Below are positions 13,395 through 25,963 of a stretch of DNA of 64,000 bases, piece after piece. Positions within the stretch are counted from its first letter, which is position 1. Each line of letters begins with the position of its first letter. The position numbers and the translations under genes were made by a program. This stretch comes from Octopus vulgaris. Lineage: Eukaryota. Below the pieces are notes generated by a model that was not told the DNA's origin, searched no databases, and saw only the letters and a program-made list of their open reading frames with translations. The stretch lies in assembly GCA_951406725.2 (NCBI GenBank), contig OX597832.1:67518001-67582000 (forward strand), in the 5' to 3' direction.

Positions 13395-13695
13395 TAACAC
13401 CAGTGGTCTAGCATAATAAAATCTGAAAGTTCAATAAATTGTATTATATATATACGAGAGGGATGGGCAACCCTTATGCTAGAAGTAGATCCGCTATGGT
13501 CTTACCACTAAGAAATGTTCTCAAGAAAAATTTAGCAAACACCAGGAACGTAAGCGAGCAAGACAAATGTAAAGTAACAAAATACAGATTATTCACCTAC
13601 ATGTTTCTCTATTAACAGATAACGTAATTTTACTTACGCAATTGTCCCTAGATCTTCAGTATGATCCTTAATACAAATATAATTTATAGAACAAT

Positions 13696-13771
13696 ATACG
13701 AGGTCAGATTTGTATCTAGTTGTATACGAGGTCAGACTTGTATCTGCACGAGGTCATATCTGTATCTAGTT
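13696..13771. repeat. Short tandem repeat, ~3 x ACGAGGTCAGA(T/C)TTGTATCT
   Basis: Directly visible just upstream of the CR1 fragment. Confidence 0.8.
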
Positions 13772-13799
13772 CTACCTATTACACTTGCGGTTATTTTTC

Positions 13800-15030
13800 A
13801 AAAGTCCTCGTTTTTGGCGCGCTAAATTACCCTCTTCATTATCTACATCAATAACATTGTAGACGTATGAAACATTCTACATTGAAAATATTTGCAGGTG
13901 ATTCCAAACCTCAGAAAGACATAAACGGCATGGGAGGCTGAACACTCATTCAGTCGGATCTATTTGCTATTGTCCAATGGGCGAAAAGAAAAAAAATATA
14001 TTCTAAATAAAGATAAGTTTGGTTTGATCACCTTTGGAAAAGAGGATACTCTGAAATTACCATATGCTCTTCCCTTGGACGACTCCCTAGTATCATCCAA
14101 CAGCACCAGAGAACTTGGAGTAATTGTTGATAACAGTCTAAGCTTGAGTTCTCTCGTAAACAGCAAGGTTGACTTGGCCCGCAAGATATACTGCTGGATT
14201 CTGAAAACGTTCCGGTCTAGAGATGCTCACAGATGGGTTGAAGACAATTATAGACAGTTTAATGCTGGAAAATTCCAAGCATTCAGCTACCAACGCCCAA
14301 AATTGTATATAAAACTTGCAAGGTACACTGGCCCAAAAGGGATTATAATCCTAGAGCCGAAATCAGTGAGGGACCTGGGTATCGACATGAATGATGACGC
14401 TTCTTTCCAAATTCACATGGCCAGGATGGCTGGCTGGATCATGAGAACCTTACAAATCAGAGAAAAGGAAACCATGATGGTCCTTTGGAGGGCATTCTTC
14501 CTCAGCCGCCAGCTATGTTCCTCACTCAGTGTAAAATTAACAGCAGACCTTGAAGCAATCCAGTGACGCTTCAGAAAGAAGATCGCCTCATTGCAATAGC
14601 TCAGTTGCTGGGATAGTCTGAAACTTTAGGAAGAGAATACACTGAAGTTACTCTATGTTCTTCCCTGGGGTGAAGGTGGGAAATATATGAAGTAATATAC
14701 ATCTAGAATATCCTGGAAGGGATTGTGCCAAATTTTGGCATTTAAAACTATACCAATACCAGAACGGGTCACTCCTGCACAGTGCCAAAGTTCTCAGCAA
14801 TACCATCGTGCTTCAGGACTAGTCACAGCAACAGCCTGGGTTTCAGGAGCCTACATCATTTTAATATTCTTCCAATGAGCCTTAGGTATCTACACAAAGT
14901 GGATGTGGCGGTTTCAAATCGAGACTGGATTTCTTCCTGTCGAGAGTCCCATATAAATCTACCTCGCGACAGACGGTGCAAATGAGGATAGTGGCATCAA
15001 GCTCCCTTATTTCCAAAATATCACATATCA
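13800..15030 (+). mobile_element. Degenerate CR1-like LINE, two joined fragments
   Basis: LFIIYINNI...KIFAGDSK (FADD-like), RELGVIVDNSLS, then a second WVEDNYRQFNAGKF...VRDLGIDMNDD segment and a CR1-type C-terminus; many stops. Confidence 0.8.
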
Positions 15031-15059
15031 GATAAGGCTTTCAATAATAACAGCGTATA

Positions 15060-15355
15060 AAAACGGCGGTGCCCCAGCATGGCCACAGCTTTGAACTGAA
15101 ACTAATAAAACATAAAACATGTGTACCTGTGTGTGTGTGTATGTGTGTGTGTTTGTGTGTTCGTTTTTGTCCCCCACCACCGCTTGACAACTGTTGCTGG
15201 TATTTCTACGTGCTTCTAACCTGCGGTTCAGGTACAAAGACCGATAGAATATGTAATAAGCATAAAAAAGTCGAGTGGTCGATTTGTTTGCATAAAACCC
15301 TTCAAGGTGGTGCCCAGCATGGCCAGAGTCGAATGACCTAAACAAGTGAAAGAAA
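15060..15355 (+). mobile_element. tRNA-derived SINE 3' portions
   Basis: GGCGGTGCCCCAGCATGGCC...GTCGATTTG motifs shared with SINE copies at 19455-21827 and 43965-44370. Confidence 0.7.
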
Positions 15356-15688
15356 AAGATATAGATATGATTACATAGAGAGGAAGAGGGATAGAGAAAA
15401 GATGGCATGAACAGTTAGAAGAGGTAAATTGTAAGTTATATAAGAAAGAGTCGTAATTTGTTCTGTAAATGTTGGTAACTCAGAATTCCCCAGGTTAGAA
15501 GGTTTTACATAAATTATCAGGTCGTGTGTGAAGTTGTGTTAACATAGCTGGCGCGAGAACAAAAGATGGTTTTCGACGCCGAGAATTGAGTTATCTTAAT
15601 AGAGGTAATTGAAAACCAAGTGTATGATTTTTTTTCCAATAGTTGTGTCACTGAGTCTAATTTGTGCCTATATTCCAACATATGCGTG

Positions 15689-15770
<82 letters not shown>

Positions 15771-16408
15771 CATACATTATGTATGCATGTACGTATGCAC
15801 ATATATGCTTAAGTGTATCTTTCTATGCTTATCTATTTACATATACTTTTCTATAACTGCTGTATATTTATTTGAACTGGGAACAAAGAAAAATAAATTG
15901 GTTACCACCAAAATGACAGAAGTCAAGCCAACTAGGTAACAGTTTCAAATTAGTATTGAGCACATAATAATAACAGTTCTGTCTGTGTTATACATAAATA
16001 CTCGTTACAACCATATTGTCTGCAGCATGTCGCACTGCGTTGCATCTTTGCATGTTGGACAGGAATATTCAACGGTGATGTAGTTTTTCTGAGATCTGGT
16101 GCGTCTAAGTGCTGGTAGCTGGCAGAGAAAGCCTAGTTGCATACAGAATTGTAGAAAAAAATGTCATTTAGATATGCACATGACTTTCATAATTGTTTTC
16201 TTTTAGTATATTTGATATATTTTTCAAACCGTTCGGCCTTTTTTGCTGTAAATAACTTTTCCTATCTCCACCGCTTGTATTAAAAAGGCATCATATACAT
16301 ATGTAACGACAAACGTATAAACATTCATGCATGAAGATATAAGTATACATATACATCTACAAACACTTACACACCCACGCACATATATACATATATATAC
16401 ATACATAC

Positions 16409-16468
<60 letters not shown>

Positions 16469-17094
16469 GTTTTGTGAATCTGTCTGTACATGTATGCCCC
16501 TGTCTTTTTTTCTGAACTTTACGGTGCTTGAAAGCACACAATAATGTATGTTTTCATACTCCATAACTTGATGGTATGACAGATAACTATCACTAGCATC
16601 TTCAATACTCCAAGACACTGCAATGCCATACTTCAGTAGGACGGTGTTCCTAACTTCTACGTCTTAACAAGGCAACTATGTCAAAGAGAACTCTAAACTG
16701 CGCAACATTTTTATTCACTTTAAGACACCATGTCTGCTTCTCTGCTTTTGCTACTCTATCTACCTTTATCTCTGCTCATACCCATGCCTCTGCTCATATC
16801 CTTGCCTTTGCTCATTATTTACCGATCTGAACTCAGCCACCATCCACTCACTCACTTCTCTCTTTCTCTTTACTTCCACCTTTATTGTGTCGATCTTGCC
16901 AGATTCTGTTGTAAATTCTTCTCGCACTTGTCCCCATCCAGTTTTCTAAATAATATTTTGTGCTTTCCTCCCAGCATAATAGGATATAAAATATGATGCA
17001 GTAACGTTGAAATGCATACAACATTCGATCTCATGCAAACACATAAAATATTAATATAATATGATGGAATTTGAAATGTATATGTAAACAAAAA

Positions 17095-18620
17095 TGCCTT
17101 TAAGCTTCATAGAAGTTAACGAAACGTCTACTGTTAATTACGTATTCAGATGTTAGACAGCATTCCTTCGCTTTGCAATAAAACTTCTTTTAGCAAAATC
17201 TTTGATACCATGTGCCCTTCATGCTTATAAAGTATTAAGGTCACCAACAATATTAGACTTCTAATCAGCCAACAAGCTATGGGTATATACGGAATTCTAT
17301 CCTTGTCGTTACTCTTCTTGCATCTGTCGAATTATGATCATTTAAATGGGCAACTAAACAATTCAATTTCATCGACCTTCGAACGTATTTTCAAGAAATA
17401 CCACATATCTTTACTCCAGAAAAAGAAGTGAAAAGAAATTCTACGCAGTTGAAGCAACAATTGCGACGAGGAATATTGTGTTCTAACTAGTAGTGTTTTC
17501 TTCAATATTGTATTGAAACTTTTTTTAAATCTTGGAGAAAATAATAAAATTAATTAATTAATTAATTAATTAATAAAACTAAATTTCATTTATTTAAAAT
17601 CGGTAAATCTAAACAGAAACGTTATTTCTGTTTTCGACTTATATTTTTAATTGACAATTTACCAGAAGTAAAAAAATGATTGAAGTATTTAATTACTTGT
17701 CGACTGTCGATTGCCAGGCTAATTAAAACGTCCTACAGAAGGCTTTAGTGTAATGGGTTTTGTATTTTGATTTGTGAGTTCAAGTGTGACAGAAGTGAAT
17801 CTTAACTCTTCTCATACCTGAAAACATGAACTCGGATTTACCGTAAGGGACCAAAGTCACGTTGTTTTGTTTGGGTTTTTTTTACCCTGCATCCAAATCA
17901 TTTTGATTGTGTTTTATCCTAAATACTTCTGATCAGTGCTGCTCCGGTGTTAAACAGCAACAGTAACAATAATAGAATTTCTATTAGAAGCTAAAATTGA
18001 TAACAGAAACAACAGAACAGTTAAGCACAGATAAATGATAGAAGTGGGAAACGTCAATTGTAATGATATTCATACAAAGTAATCTGAAGTTGTATAGATT
18101 TTGGGTTACTACAATTGCCCAAGTGATCATTCTTACGATGGGATGTACATATCTCATACAGATCACATTAGTTGAAGTAATTACTCCAAAACGTTCTTCT
18201 CTTGGGGCCAAATGGAACTGCAAGCAAGATTAATTTGCTAGATCTTTACAAAGAATAAAAAGAAAATAGGAAATTGAGAAGCTATAAAGTTGGAATGAAA
18301 TCTTGAGCGTTGGGGAGCTAAAAGTGAACATTAACATCAAAGTGGTGTAAGTTATTTCCTCCGTTTCTAATCATTTATTCTCAAAAGGAATTGTTTCCGA
18401 AATTATTTCTTTCTTTGGTATATCATCCTTGCGTATATTTCCATTGAGTTTTTTCTTTCCCCACCAGTTTCCTCCAAAATACAAAGTCCCTGTAAAAACT
18501 GAAAGCAGTTACCGTATTGAAATTGGCAGTAGTTAGTCACATCTTATCTAGATTTCTCCTTTTTATCAATCTTCTTGGAAGGGATCCACTTAAAGGAGTT
18601 ATTAGTTTTCTAATGACGAA
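17095..18620 (-). mobile_element. Very old CR1-like LINE remnant
   Basis: Minus strand shows traces of KK...DVTNY (RT, ~18530-18570), PIFFLFFVKDL (~18235-18275) and the EYVINSR 3' end (~17140), in the expected order. Confidence 0.4.
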
Positions 18621-19620
18621 AGAAAGTTATATTGGTTTGATAATTTTTGCATCAGATTCATAGCTAAACCCTTTAACGAAAAATATATCTTTAAAGCACT
18701 GAAGAATATTTAAGCTTTCTCAAGATAAATCCTTAGAATATGAAAATAAATCTTTCTTTATAACGAGAGCAGAGTTCATGATAATTGTAAATTGATTTTT
18801 CTCCGGGAGATAATCTTTGAAAGAAAACTAAGGTTGCACAAATAAATTTAAAAATAAAAATGTTAAAGCTGTCAAGATGAAAGTGAAACGAATACATGAA
18901 CCTCATTTAGAAAGTTCAGTATCCTCTATTGCATCAGCCATATTAAAAATGCTTTCTCTGTCATTGATGACTTATCTTTCAAGCATCTTAGTATAGAGTT
19001 AAATATGTTTTCTTTTCAATTCACCAACTCAAACCGGGTTTCACTTGCATATGATGATTAGGACAGCTCAAAACCTAACAATCTGACGTGATTCGTCAGG
19101 AATATTTCGAATTGCTTCATCATAAAGATTTTCAGATTCTCTTAAAAAGGAGCACGAAGCATTACACTGTAACATTTCTCTCAATATGTTTGCCACACTT
19201 TCGTGTCATGATATCTAGGTTAGTGTAACCTAGATGTGTTAATTCGGTTTCGTTATAACTTTTATGGCTCGGTACCTCACTCTCTTGAATGGTTTGTGGC
19301 CGAACATGACTGCAACCTTTATAAAGAAGCACATAAAAGTATACAATTGACTCACGCGTCTTCAGATTATTTTAAGCAAACTGAAGATAAATTTGCATAT
19401 ACCATCTGGTATGTCCATTTCTCTCCATATTTGCCCTTACTAGAGATACCTATTTATTCTTTTATTCTTTTACTTATTTAAGTCATTTGATTGTAGTCAT
19501 ACTTTTATTTTTTTACTTGTTTCAGTGATCTGAGTGCGGTCATGTTGGAGTAACGCCTTAAAGGGTTTCAGTCGAAGAAATCGTCCCCAGGACTTATTCT
19601 TGATACGCCTAGTACGTATT

Positions 19621-21520
19621 CACCGAAATAGGAGACAGATGGAGAGAACACTTCAATGACCTCCTCAATCACAAGGCTACCATCGACAAAAGCATACACT
19701 TGACATGATTCCTAAAGAGGCCAAAGATTACTCTCTCGCTCGAAGAGGTCAAAATTGCTATCACAGCGATGAAGAACAACAAAGCTGCGGGTCCTGACGG
19801 AATCCCAGCTGAGATCTACAAACTGGGAGGTGATTTTGTCCAACACCAGCTCCACCAACTCTTGGTCAAAATCTGGACAAATGAAGTTGTACCATCCGAC
19901 TTCAGGAATGCTAACATCATTACCATTTACAAACGAAAGGGCGATCGTTCTGAGTGTGGAAATTACCGGGGTATTTCCTTATTAGCAACTGCTGGGAAGA
20001 TTCTTGCACGCATCCTGAACAACCGCCTCAAAACGCAGTCAGAGAGGATCCTTCCTGAGACGCAGACCGGCTTTAGGCCATCACGAAGCACAACCGACAT
20101 AATCTTCACGCTGCGACAGCTACAAGAAAAATGTCGTGAGCAACACCAACCGCTCTATTTGGCCTTTATCGACCTATCCAAAGCCTTTGATCGTGTCTCG
20201 CGAGAGCTCCTCTGGGATATTCTCGCCCAGTATGGATGCCCAGATAAGTTCATCCGGATTCTCAAACTTCTCCACGACAATATGCACGCCAGAGTCCAGA
20301 CCGACGGAGGCAGTTCTGAGCCCTTTAAAGTCACCTCCGGAGTGAAGCAAGGCTGCGTGATAGCGCCAACTCTCTTTACCATCTTTATCGCGACAGTGTT
20401 GCACATCATACGAGAAGACCTTTCACCTGGCATCGAGATCTCGTACAGAATGGACGGCAAGCTTTTCAACCTTGCTCGCCTCAAAAGTACGTCAAAGACA
20501 ATTGCGCAAAGCTTGCTAGAGTTCCAATATGCCGACGACAACAGAGTAGCTGCTTACAGAGAGGATCACTTCCAACAGATCCTAAATGCTTTTCATCATG
20601 CATATACTAAACTTTGACTGAGCATCAACATCAAGAAGACTCACTTACTCTACCAACCTCCTCCCAATGCCCGTGTTGACAACCCGCCATCGATTCAACT
20701 CGAAGGAATTCCACTGGAAAATGTGAACCATTTCTGCTACCTTGGGAGCCATCTGTCAGCAAAGGTAGACCTCAGCGATGAAATCCAACACTGTCTGAAG
20801 TGTGCAGGAACAGCTTTCGGCAAGCTTCGAACAAGAGTTTTTGCTGATCGGGACATCCGAACCGAAACCAAACTCATGGTGTACAGGGCAGTCATTATTT
20901 CAACCCTCCTTTACGCATCCGAAACCTGGACCCCGTATAGTCACCACCTGAAAACGCTCGAGAAATTTCACCAACGCTGTTTTCGCAAGATCCTTAACAT
21001 CAGCTGGGATAACAGAAGAACTAACGTCAGCGTGCTACAAGAAGCAAAAATGCATCGAAGCCTATGTCATCAAAGGCCAACTAAGATGGAGCGGCCACGT
21101 GGTTAGAATGACTGACGAACGACTTCCCAAACAGATCTTCTACTCCCAACTCAAAGACGGCAAGCGTACAAAAGGAGGCCAGAAGAAACGCTACAAGGAC
21201 TCCCTGAAAACGAACCTCAAAAAGTGTGACATCGACTTCACTAACTGGGAGGAAACGGCAAAAAACAGACCACTCTGGAAAACCACCATCCATGAGGGGA
21301 CGGCGACTTTAGAGTCGAAAAGGTCTGCAGAGCTGGAGGAGAAAAGACGACGACGGAAGGAGCGCCAACAACAACCACGTGCGACTCTCCCTTCCGGCAC
21401 TAGATGTCCGCATTGCAACCGATCTTTTCAAGCAAGATTTGGTCTTATCGGTCACCTACGGACTCACCAGTAAATTTGCGCGAAGAGCATCATCCTCGAC
21501 CTTGAGGGATTGCCATCATC
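19621..21520 (+). mobile_element. 5'-truncated RTE-clade LINE (RT to 3' end)
   Basis: KAAGPDGIP, NYRGISLL, FIDLSKAFD, GVKQGCVIAPTLF, QYADD; C-terminal CPHC...HLRTH; GCCATCATC tail. One in-frame stop (20615) and one frameshift (~21050). Confidence 0.95.
19769..21473 (+). pseudogene. RTE reverse transcriptase ORF, disrupted
   Basis: ORFs 19769-20617, 20723-21106 and 21099-21473 are consecutive parts of one RT protein. Confidence 0.9.
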
Positions 21521-22109
21521 ATTCTATTGTTTTACTGCCAAACCGCTAGGTCACGGGGACGTAAACATAAGACCATCGGGTGTCAAGTAATGGTGAGGGG
21601 GCAAACACAGACACAACACGCAGACACATATACATAAACATATATATAAGACGGGCTTCTTTCAGTTTCCGTCTACCAATTCCACTCACAAGGCTTTGGT
21701 CGGCCTGAGACTATATAGTATAAGGAATTTGCCCAAGATGCCACACAGTGGGACTGAACTCGAAACCACTTCACATCGCCTGTAACCATGTGGAAAGCAA
21801 GCTTCTTAGCACAGAGCCACGCCTGCGCTTATGTATGCGTATAATAATTATATCTAACATGTTTCCGTGCACTCGGACGTGTGAAGGCCATCAGCAGTGG
21901 AAACAGTGTCTGAAAATGTTTTCCTTGTAGATATAAAGCACAATAAATTTGAAATTAACAAATTAATTAGAGGCTAATAAACAGTGCTGGGTACATGTAA
22001 AACTATATTTCCAGTTAATTTATACCAGATCGACCAATATTTCTCCTCGCCGGAAAAGGTTACTCTTTGTGGTCAGTATATAGTATAACACCATTTAGTC
22101 ATATATATA

Positions 22110-22363
22110 GGCCTCCTCGATATATCGTCAGCGAGTGTCAGTCGCTGTCTGACTGACTTGTCAAATTTTCTCTTTAAATACCCGCAGATAGGCTCCAGCA
22201 GACAGCCCCAGTAAGTCGTCACATGACACTGTCTCACCTTAACTGACTAGTGAAGGCGGGTAGTCTTAGCCCGCGCATTCTCTAAACGATCGTCACCTGT
22301 CAGTCAGCGAAGCTGATTCAGTGTCACCTTGTCTCACCAAGTGATATTATTTCCCGCCGGCAT
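22110..22363 (-). repeat. 3' terminal direct repeat of the Hero-like element
   Basis: About 20 differences in ~253 bp versus 25964-26216 (counted by eye). Confidence 0.95.
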
Positions 22364-22369
22364 GTTATG

Positions 22370-25300
22370 ACTTTCAAACCATCTTTGGTCTTCTCGCTTC
22401 AGCCATATATAGAAGCTGGCTTTTTCGACCGCCTCCCTCGGAGCTAGAAAAAACAAATCTTTTGAATAGCGTTGTCATTTTCCTTTCAATGAAGCTTCTA
22501 GCCCCCACTACCAGGTGGTAATACTTGACATTCCATCCTTGTTCTCTGCATTCTTCGATGAATTTTTCATACCTCTTCTCCTTTCGTTCTTTTGCATTGC
22601 CGATGTTCTCTTCCCAAGGTACTGTCAGTTCTAGTAAAATTCCTATTCTCCATTCTCTGTTCCATAGGACTAAATCTGATTTTTTTTGTCGTTTTTACTA
22701 GTGGAAATATTACTTGTCTTTCCAAATCCGTGGCCACCTCCCAGTATCCCTTCCATCTCTCGTCTATCTCGTATATTTTACTTGGTTTTAGGTAGGACTG
22801 GTTTTATATCCTTTTCCATCCTCGTGGGAGTATACTTTCCTGCGATTTCCTACTTTTGGGTACACTCCCTTATTGTACCTCTTGATCTTCTCCTTGAGAG
22901 CTGCGCTTATGACGCCGAGGACTTGATTATGCCGCCATGTATATCTTTCTAGTGCTAGTCTGCAATTTGACAGAACATGTCTAACCGTCGCTTTCTCTCC
23001 GCATCTACACTCAAAGGTTGTTTTTATGTTCCACCGGACTAAGTTCGCCGGTGGGGGTAGAACGTCGAAGGTAGACTTGATCAGGAAGGATGTTCTTGCT
23101 TGTTCCCAAGACCAAAGTTCCTTCCATGATATTCTGCGGCTGATCACATATTCCTCCCATCTAAGGCACTGTGCCTGTTGACTACATTGCACCAAATGTA
23201 CATTTCGCCTTTCTTCTTCCTCCTTTCTCACTTCGTATACCACTACCTCTTTCATATCTTTTATACTGCTCTTGCAAAATGGCCTGAAATTGTGCGACCC
23301 TAGGCCGGTTCTTGTTCCTTGCGTCGTTCCGACTACAGCTGCGTGCCTTAGTTTTCCGATCGCCCTGTTTACTGCCTCTTTCGCCTTCCATTTCCTCCCT
23401 GTTCGTACCTTTGGCGTGTTTTCCCGGATGCTCTGATCTTTTGAATACCTTAGCATCATTACTGTCCTTGCCTTTCCTGCCTTATATTCTTCGGCCATTG
23501 ATGTTATAGGTAGTTGCAGCACGGGTTTTCCATATAGTGCAGTTGTATTCAGTGGTTTCGACAGACCAAGCCATTTTCTGATAAACACACTGCATCTTTG
23601 TTCCATCCTTTCTACCCTACTCGAGGCTCTTTTGTACATTTGCAATGGCCACATTATTCTTGGGTACAGCCCAAATTGCAGTATCCAAACTTTGAATTTT
23701 CCCGGCAGCGTTGTTCTGTCAATTGCCTTTAATCCTTGTTCTACTAACTCGTGTATTTCTTTCCCTTGCTTCTTATCATTTAATAAATATCTATACCATC
23801 TGCCGAGACTCTTTACTGGTTGTTCTTTCACCGTTGGTATGCCTTCACCTCCTATACTGAATTTCACTTCTCTTTTCCTTCCTTTCACGAAAGCCACGCT
23901 TCGAGATATTTTGGCTTTGAATTTCATCGTTGCCCATCCTATCAGTTCGTCTAACCGCTCTAACGTTCACTCTGGTGCTTCTCTACTTTCCGATAATACA
24001 GTTATGTCGTCAATAAAAGCCTTTAATGGTGTCTTTGTAACAGTTTTCTCGCAGTTTGTAGATCTAAGTAACATTTCCATGACTAGCACGAATAAGATGA
24101 CTGATATCGTGCATCCGGCTGCAATACCTATTTCAAGCGTTGCCACTCCGTTGTGAACTTTCCTACTGTAAATCTCATCATCAGGTTGTCGTAGTAGGAC
24201 ATGAGCATTCGTTGAACATCTTTTGGAATGCAAAAGAAGTCCATCGCTGTTTTTACTATTGCGTGCGGAACAGATCCATAAGCATTGGCAAGATCTAGCC
24301 AAACGATATACAGGTTTTTCTTCATTTGCTTTGTACAGGTGATGGCTTCCCAGATGGCAAATGCGTGTTCTATGCACCCAGGGATTCCGGGGATTCCTGC
24401 TTTTCGGATTGTTCATTAACGTACCCGTTATACTGTACGAATCTTAGGATTCGTCTAGCAATTATTCCAAACATTTTCCCGTCTTTATTTAGTAGTGAAA
24501 TCGGTCTAGATTGACCTTTTTCTTTTGGTATACACCATCGCTCCGCTACATCTTTCTTCTTCCACATTTCTCTTATCAGTACAAGCAGCTGCAAGCGTAA
24601 TTTCGGGCAATATTTATATACCTTGTAGCTCACTCCATCGTTCCCTGGAGTACTTTTTGCTCTTGCTTTTCTTATGAACCCATCCATTTCTTTCCGTTTG
24701 ATGCCACTCAAATCAAATGGTACTCTTTTTTCAGGTGATTTCTTCAGTTCGTGCATTTCTAGGAGTACTTCATTTCTGTCAGAGTTGCTGTATGTCTCTT
24801 TCAGATGTTGTTAGAGCTCTTCTTTTGTGAAATCCAATTTTCCGCTTTTACTTTCAGTAAATAAATGTTTCGCATATTGATAGGGAGTGTTCACAAAGCT
24901 ACGATACTTCTTTTCTCTCTCCTTTCTTCTGCTCTTTCTTCTTTGTTTTCTTAGCAGATCTCGATGCCTCTTATTTTCTCTTCATATAGCTGTTTTAGCC
25001 TTTCTCTTTCCTCCTCCTTTGCATCCCTCCATCTGGTTCTGAGTTTTTTTTTCTCTTCTCGAAACTTTGCGATCCGTCTTTCTCTCCTCGATGGGCCGCT
25101 CTTTGCCGTTGATTCTACCTTCCCTGTTGTTTCCAATCCAAATCTTTTCTCTCCTTCCTGGTAGATTTTATTAGCCAGGTTTTCGAGCTTTTGTTCGTCG
25201 TCGCCTTTGAATTTGGTGGTCATTCTTGATACCTCGTTGTCAAATTCTTTATAACTCACCGCGTCATTTGCTTTCGGCCACTTAATCTTTGTCCTCTTCA

Positions 25301-25540
25301 CGCCTATCAGTTTTTTTGATTGTTCCAATTCAACTGTGGGATGAACCTCACTATGGTTATGTTCCAGGGGTTCTGGCCACACGTCGTATGGTTTATCAAC
25401 CCTCGTTGTTGAATTACTTTCTTCTGACACACCTTCCCCTGGTGGATTCTCAGCCCGATGTAACTAGCAAACACCTTTCCGCAGCAGCTGAACTCCTCAT
25501 CTACCATCCCTATACCGTGTCCTTTCTCATGGTCCATTTC
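22370..25540 (-). pseudogene. Hero-like ZnF-RT-CCHC-RLE polyprotein, frameshifted
   Basis: ORF pieces 25307-25537, 24951-25430, 24370-24756, 24128-24325, 23967-24416 and 22788-23927 fall in domain order. Confidence 0.88.
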
Positions 25541-25963
25541 CGGTCCAAGTCCATTTCGTTTTTTCCGTCCCTATTTGATCCTTTATTCTCCCCCCGTGAT
25601 CCGGGATCATGGGGCCATGATTACCCATGTTTTTCGTTGCAATCTTCCCCCCGATCGGGCTGCAAGCCCATTTGATCCTTCATTACGCTGTCGTACTGTC
25701 AAGCGTCTCTCCGCTTTGTCATCCTTCTCTCTGGATTGTCAGCAAGTCTTTCTCTGCAGTCAGTATCTGAGGAATTACAACAACGTTTCGTCATCTGCTA
25801 CCACAACAGCTCCTTCATAGGATCCAGTTACCTCAAGATATCACCAGGAGGAACCACGTCCGTTTTCGGCCCCTACTCCTCTACCGTTTTGACGTGGCGC
25901 CCGCCCTTTCGGCGGTGTCTTCAGCTCTGGTGTTGGGTGCATGTCTTCTTTCTTCTGTTCCCT

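Larger units (their letters stand above)
19455..21827 (-). mobile_element. tRNA-derived SINE split by an RTE insertion (parts 19455-19620 and 21521-21827)
   Basis: The halves rejoin as ...GCCTAGTACGTATT|CTATTG...CCGCTAGGTCACGGGGACGTAAAC, colinear with the intact copy at 43965-44370. The tRNA-like head is at ~21740-21827. Confidence 0.8.

Noticed and set aside
21740-21827. tRNA gene calls for SINE heads (also 37182, 44290-44370, 62740)
   Set aside because: A/B-box-like motifs run on into SINE bodies and no full cloverleaf is evident.
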